Shown here: in pieces, positions 40,331 through 53,104 of the stretch
Layout of the letters: the number at the start of each line of letters is the position of its first letter
Numbering within the stretch: position 1 is the stretch's first letter
Notes under the pieces: generated by a model
What the model saw: only the letters and a program-made list of their open reading frames with translations
Databases searched by the model: none
What the model was told of the DNA's origin: nothing
Position numbers and translations under genes: made by a program
Assembly (NCBI RefSeq): GCF_009914755.1
Contig: NC_060947.1
DNA from: the human T2T-CHM13v2.0 reference genome, Homo sapiens
Length of the DNA stretch: 64,000 bases
Reading direction: 5' to 3' (one strand)

Positions 40331-43300
40331 AGTTTTGTGGATATCTATCAGATCTTCTTGATGTAGTGCTGAGTTCAGGTCCTGAATACCTTTCTTAATG
40401 TTCTGTTTCAATGATCTGTCTAATATTGACAGTGGGATGTTAACATCTTCCACTATTATTGTGTGGGAATCTAGACCTCTTTGAAGGTCTCTAAGAACTT
40501 GCTTTATGAATTTGATTGCTCCTGTGTTGAGTGTATATATATTTAGAATAGTTAGATTTTTTTTAGTTGAATTGAACCCTTTACCATTATGTAATGATCT
40601 TCTTTGTCATTTTTGATCTTTGTTATTTTAACGTCTGTTTTGTCAGAAACTACAGTTGCAACTTCTGCTTTTCCTATTTTCTATTTGCTTGGTGGATTTT
40701 CCTTCATCTCTTTATTTTGAGCCTGTATGTGTTATCGCATGTGAGATGAGTTTCTTGAAGACAGCGTACCAATGGGTCTTGGTTCTTTATCCAGCTTGTC
40801 ACTCTGTTTCTTTTAATTGAAACATTTAGCCCATTTACATTTAGTGTTAGTATTGATATGTGTTTATTTGACTTGTTTATGTGATTGGTTTGTAGTGTCA
40901 CTCATGTATTTACTTCAATGTGGTTTTGTAGTGGCTGGTAATGGTCTTTCTTTTCTATATTTAATATTTCCTTTAGGATCTCTTGTAAGGCAACACTAGT
41001 GGTAACAAATCCCCTCATCAGCTGCTTCTCTGAAAAAGATTTTATTTCTCTTTCACTTATGAAGCTTAGTTTGGATAAATATAAAACTCTGTGTTGGAAT
41101 GTCTTCTATTTAAAAATGTTGAACATTGGCCCCTAATTTTTCTGGCTTGTAGGTTTTCAGCTGAGTGGTCCACTGTTAGTCTGAAAGGCTTCACTTTGTA
41201 GATGACCTGGCCTTTTTTTCTAGCTGTCTTTAACATTCTTTCTTTCATTTCCACTTTAGAGAATCTGATGATTATGTGTCAAACCAAACAGCCATAAATT
41301 TGGTCTCTTTACATAATCTCATGTTTCTTGGATTTTTTTATTTCTTTTTGTTTTTTATCTATTCTTGTCTGCCTGTATTACTTCAGAAAGGCAGTATTCA
41401 AGCTCTGAGATTCTTTCTTTTGCTTGGTCTATTTTGCTACTAATATTTGTGATTGCATTATAAAATCCTTAGATTGTGATTTTAGCTCTATCAGACCAGT
41501 TCTGTTCTTTTCTATACTGGATATTTTATCTGTCAGCTCTTGCAATGTTTTCTCATAAATTTTAGCTTCCTTGCATTGGGTTATAACATACTCTTTTAAC
41601 TCAGTGAACTTCATTTTTATCTATATTCTGAATTCTACTTCTGTCATTTCAGCCACCACAGCCTCAGCCTGGTTTTGAAACCTTGCTGGAGTGGTGATGT
41701 GCTTTTTCAGAGGAAAGTGGTCATTCTTGCTTTTTGAGTTTTCAGCATTCTTACACTGATTCTTTTTCAATTTTGTGGGATTATCTGTCTTTAATCTTTG
41801 AGGTTGCTGATCTTTGTATATTTTTTTCAAAAATCTGACCACTTTTCCATAAGGCTGCTGTGATATGCTGAGGGTCCAATCCAGTCTGTAGTCACCTCAT
41901 ATCTTCTGGTACCTGTAGGTATCATCAGCGAAGGAGGTGAAACAGCAAAAATGGCAACCTTTTCCTTTCTCTGTAATCTCTGCCTCAGGGAGGTAAGCAC
42001 CTGTTGCCATCTTGAATACACCTGTAGGAGGTTGTTGAAAATCCCAGATGGGATTTTTTTGCCCAGTCAAGAGGAATGGGATTGGACACCCACTTAACAA
42101 AGTAGTATGGCCAAAATTATGTTGAATACCTGTGGGGTACTGGGCATCCACTTCAGTCCCTGATTACCTCAGACACTCTAAAGCCTGAAGGCTGAAACAG
42201 CTAAGTCGCCCAAATAGCAAAGATGGTGGCCTGCCCCTCTTCCTGGGAGACTTATCCAAGGGAGGTCTGAAACCTCTGTCAGCTGGGGAACACCAGTGGG
42301 GGTAGTTGTATAACCTCATTAAGGTGATCCACCTGATGATGAGAAACAGTGTTGGGACCTGCTTAAAAAAGCCATCTGGCCATATTTTCATGGGGCCACT
42401 GTGCTGTGCTGGGTACTGTTTCACTCCCAGATGGTTTGGCCTCTCCAAATCCTGAAGGTTGGAACTGCTAAGTCACCCAGACACCAAAGATGGTGGCCCA
42501 CCCATCCCTCTGGGAGTTCCATCTGAGGAGTTTTCAAATTTCTGTAGGCAAGGGAACACTGGCAGGGACAGCTGGAGGGCCCAATTAGGCAGTCCTGCCA
42601 AGTGAGGAGTAATGACATCAGAGACCCACTTAGAAAAGCTGTCTGAGCCTGATTTTATGGAGCAGCTGAGATGTGTATGGGTACCACTTTTGCCCCAGCC
42701 AGCTTGGGCACTCCAAAGCCTGGAGGCTGGAATGACTAAGTCACCCAAACAGCAAAGATGGTTTTTTGCTCTTCCCTCTGGGAGCTCTGTCTCAGGGACT
42801 TTTCAAATCTCTGTTGGCTGGAGAATACAGACGGGGGTGGCTGGAGGCCCCAGTTGGAAGGTCCTACCCAATGAGATGGAATGGATTTGGGACCTGCTTT
42901 AAAAAGTAGTCTGGCCACATTTTGGTACAGCAGCTGTTCTGTGCTATGGGATCCCTTCCACCCACAGTTAGCTTGGGTTCTCCAAAGCCTAACGGCTGGA
43001 ATGGGTAAGTCTCCCAAACAGCAAAGAAGGTGACCTGCCCCTCCCACTGAAAACTCTGTCCCAGAGAGTTTTCAAACTTCTGTTGGCTGGAAAACACTGG
43101 TGAAGGTGATTTGAGGCCCCATTTGGGAGGTTCTACATAATGAGGAAAAATGAGATCGAGGAAAGATTAAGTAAACAGACTGGCCACACTTTCATAGAGC
43201 CACTGTGCTTGTGCTGAGGTACCACTTTCACCCCAGTCAGCTAGGGTTCTGCAAAGCTCAAAGGCTGAAATGACTAAGTCACCCAAATACTGGGATTCAA

Positions 43301-43795
43301 ACTCTTTCCTCAGGGGTATGTATGGAGGTCTAACCTTCTGCTTTGCAGGAGTTGCAGATACTTTTGTTGGGAAGACAGGAGCTGGAGTATCTAAAGCTCC
43401 CAAGTATCTGTATGTGTCTGAGTGTTTTCTTTGCCAAGACCCCACGTAGTTCCGTGTGTCAGACTGACAGCCTTCATGGAGTGGATTCATGAGGGGATCT
43501 CCTATTTCAAGGGTCGCAAAGATCCATGAGAGAAGTGTGGTTTCCCAGGGTCACACATTCACTCACCACTTCCCTGGGTTGGGGAGATTTTCTTGGCTCT
43601 GCATCACTCCCAGGTGGGCCGTTGTCTTGCCTTGCTTTTCTCCATTCTCCATGGGTCAAGTTGTTTCCTTGATTAGTCCCATTGTAAGTACTTGAATGTT
43701 TCAGTTGAAGGTGCTGTATTTATTTGCCCTTTTAGTTCCTCTCCATGAGAGTCACATATCTTAGCTGTTTCTAGTCGGCTGTCTTGGCCACCTGT
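40331..43795 (-). mobile_element. 5' part of an old primate L1 (L1PA13-16/L1PREC2-like): 5' UTR, ORF1, ORF2 endonuclease
   Basis: Reverse complement starts GGCCAAGACAGCCGACTAGAAACAGC; ORF1 peptides KKNQCKNAENSKS and MLKTARKKGQVIYK; EN peptide ISILTLNVNGLN...CLQETHL. Confidence 0.9.
41930..43290. repeat. ~268-bp tandem monomer array (~5 units) in the L1 5' UTR
   Basis: (C/G)TAAGTC.CCCA anchors at 42201, 42468, 42736, 43005 and 43274. Confidence 0.92.
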
Positions 43796-43992
43796 CTCAA
43801 TAATTATACTTTAAACACATTTGGAATAAGTAGATCGGACTATAATGTAATAACAATGAACTTTATTTAGTTTACAACAAACCTAGTGAAGTAGGTAAAA
43901 GAGTTATTTTTCCTTATTTATAGACCAATGAATTACATTGAATAAATTGGAGATCTTTAGTTTCTCTTCAAAAATGCAATTAAGGAATACAT

Positions 43993-44393
43993 GTTGAGAA
44001 ATGCAAATACAATTCTAAGCTGCTCAACTGATTGAATAGACCTCTCCTTGTCCAAGGGGACCCCAGAGAAACTGTGGAAGCTGAGTTACCATTAGGCTGT
44101 TTTTTCTGAAGGCTGAACATAAGTCAGACCTTTAAAAAGACTCCACCACTAATTTCAATCAACCCAACTGCCTGACTGCTGCCCATCCCTGTTGCAGTTT
44201 TGATACAGCAACTGGCCAGCATTCTTTTCTTCTAAGAGACTAGCAAACATGGAATGATTCTGGCCAGTCTATGGAGAATGAGGAGTGAGAGTTTCCACGT
44301 CCTCTGCTTCACCTTTTGATGGCAGAGGCCCAAAAGCTCCAACCCCAGATTATACTAAGCCCACCATTTTTTAAACATGGGACCCATGAAGGG
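43993..44393 (+). mobile_element. MER4-family LTR fragment
   Basis: AATTCTAAGC...TGAATAGACC...CCAAGGGGACCCCAGAGAAAC, similar to the LTR at 15200. Confidence 0.6.
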
Positions 44394-45500
44394 GTATGGT
44401 GGTTTTGATTTGCATTTCCATTATACATCTTTTCATATACCTGTTGGTCATTTGTATGTTATCTTCGAGGACATATCCATTCACTTCCTGAGTCCATTTT
44501 TTAATTGTGTTGTTTTTTTGCTATTGAGTTATACTAGTTATTTACTAATTTTAGATATTAATCCCCTAGCAGATAATGGCTTGCCAATATTTTCTTGCAT
44601 TTGTCAGGTTGTCTCTTTACTCTATTGATTGTTTTCTTTGCTGTGCACAAACTTTTTAGTTTGATATAGAATTGAAATCATAATATCTATCAAAGAGACA
44701 TCAGCACTTCCATGCTCATTGTAGCAGTATTCACAAAATCTAAGATACAGAAACAACCTAAATGTCCATCAACAGATGAATAGGTAAAGTAAGTGTCAAA
44801 TATACATACAGTAAAATACTATTCAGCCAAGAAATTCTCTTATAGGTGACAATATGAATGGGTTTGGAAAACATTACACTAAATGAAATAAGTCAGTTAC
44901 AGAAAAATATATACTGTATGGTGCCACTTATATGAGATATTTAAAAGAGTCAAACTCACAGAAACAAAAAGTAGAATAATAGTTAATGGGGTGTGAGGAG
45001 GGAAAAGTGGAGAATTGCTATTCAAAGTCTATAAAGTTTCAATTATGCAATATGAATAAAGTTCTAGAAATCTACCATACAAATGTATGCCTATAGCTAA
45101 CAATACAGTAGATGCTTCATATTTATGGGTACTGCATCTGTGGATTCAACCAAGCAAAGATCAAAAATATTCAAAAACAATAAAATAATATGCATTAAAA
45201 ATGTAGTATAACAACTGTTTGCATACCATTTACATTGTATAAGGTGTTACAAGTAATCTAGAAGGATTATTTAAAGTATACAAAAGGATATGTATAGGTT
45301 ATATGCAAATATCATATCATTTTATATAAGAAACTTGAGCATCCACAATTCTGGCATTCACAGATGTGGAGTGGGTAAGGGACCTGAAATCAATACCCCA
45401 TAGACTGAAAAATGACTCTACTACACTGTGTACTTAAAATTGTGTTAAAAGGGTAGATTTTATGTTAAGTGTTCTTACCACAATTTTAAACAAAAGAAAT
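44394..45500 (+). mobile_element. L1MA/MB 3' end with an inverted 5' segment (44394-44669 on the minus strand)
   Basis: Minus-strand ORF2 piece joined to plus-strand CAACCTAAATGTCCATCAACAGATGAAT... 3' end. Confidence 0.75.
45106..45418 (-). mobile_element. MER2 (Tigger-type) DNA transposon
   Basis: TA TSDs at 45104 and 45419; GTGGATTCAACCAA and TAGGTTATATGCAAATA motifs. Confidence 0.85.
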
Positions 45501-45539
45501 AACAAAATAAAGAGTAAATTTTTAGTATTTAAAATAATA

Positions 45540-47540
45540 AAAGCTGCTATGGAAAAAATAAAAGCAAGGTAAGCGTAATAGGAAATATTTAGTTACATAA
45601 AGATAATTGAGGAAAACTTCATTGACAAAGTAATATTTGAGTAAAGACTTGAAGGCAGGGAGGGAGCTCTTTAGGTAAATATCTTATATTTGGGGGAATA
45701 ATATTTCAGGCAGAGGAAACTGCAAGTGTTAAGTGCCTGATGTGGAAGCATACACTGTGTTTTCATTGAACAACAACAAAATCAGTGTGAAGAGCAAATC
45801 AGTAAGAGTGGTAACAGTAGTCAGATCACAGAGAGGTTTGCACACCTTTTTAAATATTTGGTGTTTACTCAAAATGACATGGGAAGACATTTAAATGTCT
45901 TAAGCACAGAAGTAATATAATCTGTCCTATGTTTTAAAATGAAAATGCTGGAGGCTGTGTGGAGAATAAAGAGTAGTAGAGATAAGGAGAGGAGTAGGGG
46001 GACCAGATAACTGACTCCTACTTTCTTCCAGGCAAAAAAAATATGGTGCCTTGAATCAGAATAGTAGCAATAAAAGTGGAGATAAGTGTTGAAATTGGGA
46101 TGCATTCAAAGGAGAACTTAAGGAACGTGTAGATGGATTGAATGTAGAGTTTCAGAGAAATGACAACCAGGATTACCCCCAACGTTTTTGGCCTGGGAAA
46201 TTGAAAGAAGGACATTTTTATTCACTAAGATTCAAAAGGCTTTAAAAGGAGCAAGCTTAGGTGGAAACCAGAGTTGACTTTTATTAACTTTAGTAAAAAG
46301 TCAAATAAAGTCAACTTAGTTGATGTTTACATGTGCTGATGTTGAAATGGCTAGGAGACAGCCAAGTAAAGACATTGAATATATAGTTTCATAAATAATT
46401 TTGAGTTCAGGAGAGAGGAACACACTGAGCATTTAAATATGGTATGGTATGGTATTCAATTCCATGGGACTAGATGAGGTCACCTTATAGATGAGGTGAC
46501 CAAGAAGACTGGCTTTCACTTTTGATCATAAATTATAATTTAAAAGTACATTTTATATTGTGAGCCAGCACAAATGAAAAATACTTGTTTTTATTAAGTA
46601 CAATGAAATCTAATATTTCCTGTTCTATTCCCCCACCCCTCATCAACCTAGTTTTGTCCCATAATATTTATTTTATGACTCATTAATAGATGTCTACCTA
46701 GAGTATGAAAAAAAATGCCACCTACGGAATTCTTGTCAGTACAAAAAAGGACTGTATGGAGATTGTGTCTTGCAGCATACTTATTTTTAAAGGTAAGGTT
46801 GATGCGGTACAACCAGGCAGAAAGAGCTTTAGTAAGAAAAAGGAGCCTCTAATGAAGTAAGAGAAGAATGGCATCTAGAAGCCAAAAATGAAATTTTCTT
46901 AAGAAAGAGAAAGCTATGAACTGTGTCCATTGTTATTAATAGGCTGAGTAAGGTGGGTAATGAGAATCGATCACTGGATATAGCAGCACAGAAACAATGG
47001 GTTTCCTTAATTAGAGCAGTTTCATTGTAATGCTGATTACAATAGCCTTATTTGCCTGGGCATAAGACAGAATAGTAGGAGAGAAAGTGGAGACAAAGAG
47101 TGAAGATTCTTTTAGGGAAATTTTATGTAAAGAAGATCAGTGAAATGAAGCGGAAACTAAAAAAAAAAGATGGGGAGTCAAGGGAAGTGATCTTTTTGGC
47201 ATGTTGTGTGTTTTTAACATGGAAGACACACACCTAAAAAAGTCTTTGAATAGGCAAAAAGACGTGGCACTTTTGTACAGAATTGATGTATAGTAGTAGG
47301 TGGCAAATGAAATTACATGGACCCCAATAAAATAAGTGAGAAAGGATGAAAGCATGAAAGGTATTTTACATTGCTTCTACATTCACAGTAAGTAGAAAAG
47401 CATTTTCATGAGCTGAAAATAGAAGGAGAAAAGATGTTGAAGTTTGGAGCAGAGAGAAGAAACTGTGAAATAGTTATCTAGATTCTAGAACAATGGGCGA
47501 GGTAAATGGAGTAGGATTGCTAGACAGCATTAAGGTGCTC
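45540..47540 (-). mobile_element. L2 fragments
   Basis: TTTGAGTAAAGACTTGAAGG, TTTTGGCCTGGGAAATTG and GAGTTCAGGAGAGAGG motifs. Confidence 0.7.
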
Positions 47541-47866
47541 CCTTATGGTTAGTGGTTATGTCCATATTCATAATATAACTGTTCATCTACTTTTCTGTTT
47601 CCTTTCTCTTATTCTCTCATTCTCCACTTCTTCTTGTTATATATTCATATATTCTTGCTACTTCCAAGTGTAATCTTAAAGCATAATTCTATCATGCCAT
47701 TATCTTATTCATTTTTTTTTAAATTTTCTGGCGTGGATTACAGAATAAACTATAAAAAGATTATTGTCACCTCTTAGTTTTCAAGGTTGATCTTTTACTT
47801 TTTTGACTATATTCACAATGCTAGTTCAAACAGGATTACTTACTGTTCATAAAAATGCCACTCATT

Positions 47867-48191
<325 letters not shown>

Positions 48192-49337
48192 TTACAGTGT
48201 CTTCTTATTGCTGGACATTTGACTTCTTAATATTAACTATGTCCGTTATCACCTCATATATATTGTGCCTCGCCCAATTAAAAATTGTATTTACTTTTCT
48301 TTTTATCCTAGCAGCCTCTGGAGAATAAAAATCAGCATGGATATTGAAACAAATGAACATAACCTCACAACATCTTGCTTTATGTCTGCAACGCCCATCT
48401 GTTGCGATTATACATGGGATTTCCTTATTAATGCTGAATATATGATATACAAGTACTGCTTACAACCCAGAGATTCAGGGGAAAGAACGCTCCATAGGGT
48501 AAATTATTGATCAGTAGGAGACTGCAAGATAAATTATTCTGCTTTCATATTTAGACAGATTGCTTTACTATGTAATAGTTTATTCAGCCCCCTTCGAAGA
48601 CAGTCCTGGGTGATTGATTGGTTTGTGTCACTCAGCTCAATAGCACACACTTCTATTAGTGCTTTCTTCTTTCCTGATTCCCTTTCTACCTTTTCACTCC
48701 TGCTTCCCTGGCACTTTACTACCAAAATAGTGACATCTATGTTTTTGCCTCACGTTCTGTTTCCTGAAAAACTCAGGATAATACAATACCATTATTTGAT
48801 CTTTACAACAACCCCGTGAAGAAAGATATATCATTATCTCCATACAATGCATAATCAAACCGAAGCACAGAATATGTCACCGATTTTCCTAAATTATTTG
48901 AGGTATTCAGATATTAGAACTGAGTCTCCTGACTACAGCTGCACTGCTATTTTTACAATTTCTACTATACATCTTTAAGGCCCACTTTTAGTGCTCTGGA
49001 TTCCTCAGTAAGTAGTGATCGCTTCTCTCTGTAGGTAAAAAATAATTAACTTTTATTTTGTTAAACATGTTTTGAAGTATCAATTTATTTGTTGGTGAGG
49101 CTACTACTTCCACTGTATTGTTAACTGAGAGAAATATCTTTATTGCCTATAAAGATCAGCACAGTAGACTCTAAATGATTGCCTCAAAATAGAGAATGTG
49201 TTAGTGTTGAGGAAGTGAAATGAATAAATGAATTAATAAATGGATTAAATGTCCCAATCTTTTCAACCCTTGACATATACACATTTAGAATTCGTATTTT
49301 CTTATATTATTTTCAGAACAAGTAAACTAAAAATGTT

Positions 49338-49428
49338 TTATCTCAATAATATGAATATTATTAATATTCTCATTATGTCTCAATAATATGAACTTTATTA
49401 ATATTCTCAATATATCTCAATAATATAA
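49338..49428. repeat. 37-bp minisatellite, ~2.5 copies
   Basis: TCTCAATAATAT at 49341, 49378 and 49415. Confidence 0.9.
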
Positions 49429-49827
49429 GATTATAAATATTAATGTAACAACATTAATATTAGTAATTTAGAAATCCATTCAAACTGGGATTTTTATTTA
49501 CTTAGAAGTCTGTAAATGCTTTTAAAAATATCTAAGGTCTTAGATTCAGTTCTTGGAGATTTGTCCTAAGCAATTTATAAAAGGAAGTTTTATCTACAAA
49601 CATCTTTACTGTCACAAGATTTATAACAATGAAAATTATAGAAATAGAACAAATATAAAACAATACGTGAAGTGAACTAAATATTAATAAAACCAGTCAA
49701 TTTAATATCATGAAACCAACAAAAATTATATTTGTATAAGTTAAAAACTACAGAAATATAAGGCATATTAAATTTTTATACTTTGGAATCACAAGTATGT
49801 AGAACAAAAGTACAAACAGGAGAGACA

Positions 49828-51605
49828 GAGAAAGATGGCTGTATTGAGGATTTCATTGATCACCACCCCCTTGCAGAACCACCAAATTTAAAAACCATCT
49901 ACACACAAAAAGCACATTAATAAAAACTAAAAATCAGGTGAGCACTCACAGTACCTGGTTTTAATATTATATCACTGAGATAGACACTAAAAATGGTAGA
50001 AAACATAGACTGGAATCACTGATGCCACCGTTCCCCCTTTGCTCAGCAGCAACCATGGTGTGAAGAGAAAAGCTATGCACATGGGAGAGAGAGAGTGCAG
50101 TGATTGTGAGAATTTCCACTGAACTCAGTGCTTACAGTGGAAAGCAAAACTAGAAGAAACTAAACTGATTGGGTTGGTTAAGTTGCCAACCGACAGAGAA
50201 AACATTTAAACCAATCCTAGGGAGAGGGAAATTGTGCATGCTGGTGGTCAGAATTTGAGTATGAATAAGTCATACTAAAATGGTCTAAAGTGCTCTGGGG
50301 TTCTAAGTAAACTTGAAAGGCAGCATAGACCAAAAGGAATGAAACTCCTAAGTAAGTCCTGGTGCTGATCTGTGTTCAGAGCCAGTGGACTAAACAAGCA
50401 TGCAACTGACTCAGACATCAGCCAGGATGGCTAAGAGAATGTTTGCACCACTGCTCTACCAAACGCAGGCGGCATAGCTCCTGAGTCCAAAAGACACCTC
50501 TTTCTCTCTCTTGAAAGGAGAGAGAAGAATAAATAGGACTTTGTCTTTGTCTTGAATCTTGGCTACCAGCTTAGTCACAGTAGGATAGGGCATGGGTCAG
50601 AGTCATGAGGCCCCCGTTCCAGGTCCTAGCTCCTGGAGGACATATCTAGACACACCATGGACAAGAAGGAAACCAACTACATTGAAGGGAAAGACACAGT
50701 CCTGGCAAGACCCATAACCTGCTGACTATAGAGCCCTTGGGCCCTGAATAACCAGCAGCAATACCCAGGTAGTACACCAAAGGCCTTGGGTGAGACTTTG
50801 AGACTTGCTGGCTTTAGGTTACGCTAAGCAAATTCCCAGCTGTAGTGACTGTGGGGCAAGAATCCTTCTTGAGAAAAGCAGAGGGAAAAGTAAAGGGGAC
50901 TTTGTTTTGCAACTTAGGTACCAGGTCAGCCACAGGGTTATACAGCACCAAGCAGGCTCTTAGGGTCCAGAATTCAAGGTCTTGGCTCTTGGATGGCACT
51001 TATGAATCTTCCTTCAGCCAGAGGGTAGCCCACTGCCTAAAAGTGTGAATCCCAGGCCTGGCAGCATTTACCACAAGCCGAATGAAGAGCACCGGAACCT
51101 TAAATGAACATTGGCAATGGCCTGGCAATACTCTCTGTGGGCCTGTGGTGGTGGATGGCCACAAGGGGAGGCTTGTCTGCCTGTGGAAAGAGTCTGCCTG
51201 AGGGAAGAGTGAGAAAAACTGTGTCTTTTTGTTTGAGTGCTAGTTCAGCCACAGTACAATAGAACTATGTCTATTGTTTAAGGTTTTTGTAAATGTCTAA
51301 GGTTTTTGACTCCCTGGCTCCTAGATGGTATCTCTGGACCTGCCCAAGCCTGGGGTACTCATCAACAAGAAGGGAAAAACACAGGCCAGGCTGGCTTTAC
51401 CATCTGCTGATTGTAGAGACCTAGTGTGTTTACAAACATAGGCAGTAGACAGGGAGTGGTTATAGCAGATGTTGGGAAAGACCCAGTGATATTCTGGCTT
51501 CAGGTCAGACCCAGCACAGTCCCTTTGGTGGTGCCCACAGCGTTGCTTGTGTCATCCCATTCACAGCTCCAAGTGGCACAACACACACACACAGAGACTT
51601 TGTTA
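49828..51605 (+). mobile_element. L1M1/L1MA-type 5' UTR without ORFs
   Basis: AAGATGGC start; AAAAATCAGGTGAGCACTCACAGTACCTGGTTTTAA. Confidence 0.75.
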
Positions 51606-52190
51606 GTCATGTTGACCATTTTTTCTTGTACTTAATGGTCACTTGTATATCTTCTTTGGAGAAATGACTATTCAACTTTTTTGCCCATTTATTACTCAAG
51701 TTGTTTTGTATTTTCTTGTTACTGAGTTGTAGTTCTTTGTATATTCTGGATATTAACTCTTTATCAGATATATGATTTGAAAATATTTTTCCCATTATGT
51801 AGGTTGCATTTTTACTTTCTGGTAGTATTTTTAGTGCAAAAATATATTTAATTTTAATAAACTTCAATTTATCTATTGTTTCTTCTTTCGCCTGTGCTTT
51901 TGGTATCATATTTCAGAAATTATTGCCAAATCCAATGTTACAAAGATTTTCCCTTACGTCTTTCCCTGAGAGTCTTATGCCCTTAGCTCTTACATTTAGG
52001 CATTTGATCAATTTTGAGTTAATTTTTGTATATGGTATAAGGTAAGTATCAGACATGATCCTTTTTCATGTAGATATCCAGCTTTCCCATCACCATTTGT
52101 TTTCTCAATTCAATGACTTTGTCTAAAATCATTTGCCCATATAGGCAAAAGTTTATTTCTGGGCTTTCTATTTTATCCTATTGGTTTATT
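51606..52190 (-). mobile_element. L1MB/MC ORF2 fragment
   Basis: Peptide [21 protein letters not shown]. Confidence 0.8.
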
Positions 52191-53104
52191 CTACAAACGG
52201 AATGTTTCTTTTCCCCTCAAATTTATATATTGAAATTCTAACTCCCAATGTAATGAAATTAGTTGGTGGGGCATTTAGAAAGTAATTATATCATGAAGCT
52301 CGAGCCCTCATGAATGGTATTGGGGCATTAGAAGAAAAGGTTATAACAAGAAAAGTGAGAAGACCAACTTGCTCTTCACCCCCCATTTCTCCTTTCTCTT
52401 TCTCTCTCTGCCACGTGAGGATACAAAAACTGCCTGTCTGCAAATTAAGAAGTGTGTCCTCCTAAGACACCAGTTTTGCTGGCACCTTGATATTGGGCTT
52501 CACAACCTTCAGACATATAACTAATAAATTTCAGTCATTTAAGCCACCCAGTCTATAGTATTTTGTTATAGCAGTCCAACAGACTAAGACAGAAATTGGT
52601 TCCAAGAAATGAGCTGCTGCTGTATTAAACACCTAAAAATGCCTTTGGAACTGGGTAATGTATAGAGGCTGGAAGAGTTTTGAAGTACATGCTAAAAACA
52701 CCCAAGTCTCCAAAGAGACTTTTAAAGGTGATTATAATAAAGGATCAGAAAGAGGAGAGCTGTAGATAAAGCATTTATCTTCTTAGAGAATACATAAATA
52801 ATAATATACAGGATGTTTGTGGAACTGTGGATGGTAAAAGCCATCCTAATGAGGTTCACATGAAAAGGAGGAATGCATCATTGGACAATGGAGGAAAAGC
52901 AATGCTTGTTATGAAGTAGCAAAGAACTTGGCTAAATTGTGTTTGAGTTCCAGTGTTTTTTGAAAGGTAAAACTGATGAGCAATGAAGTTCAATATTTAC
53001 CGAGGAGATTTCTAAGTGAAGTGTTGAATGAGCAGTCTGTTTTTCCTGACTGATTATAGTAATATGTGAGAAGAGAGAAATAAGTTAGATAGAAAATTAT
53101 TTTT

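Noticed and set aside
41897-43097. Set of mutually similar ORFs suggesting a repeat protein
   Set aside because: By-product of the 268-bp L1 5' UTR monomers; frames shift between units and contain stops
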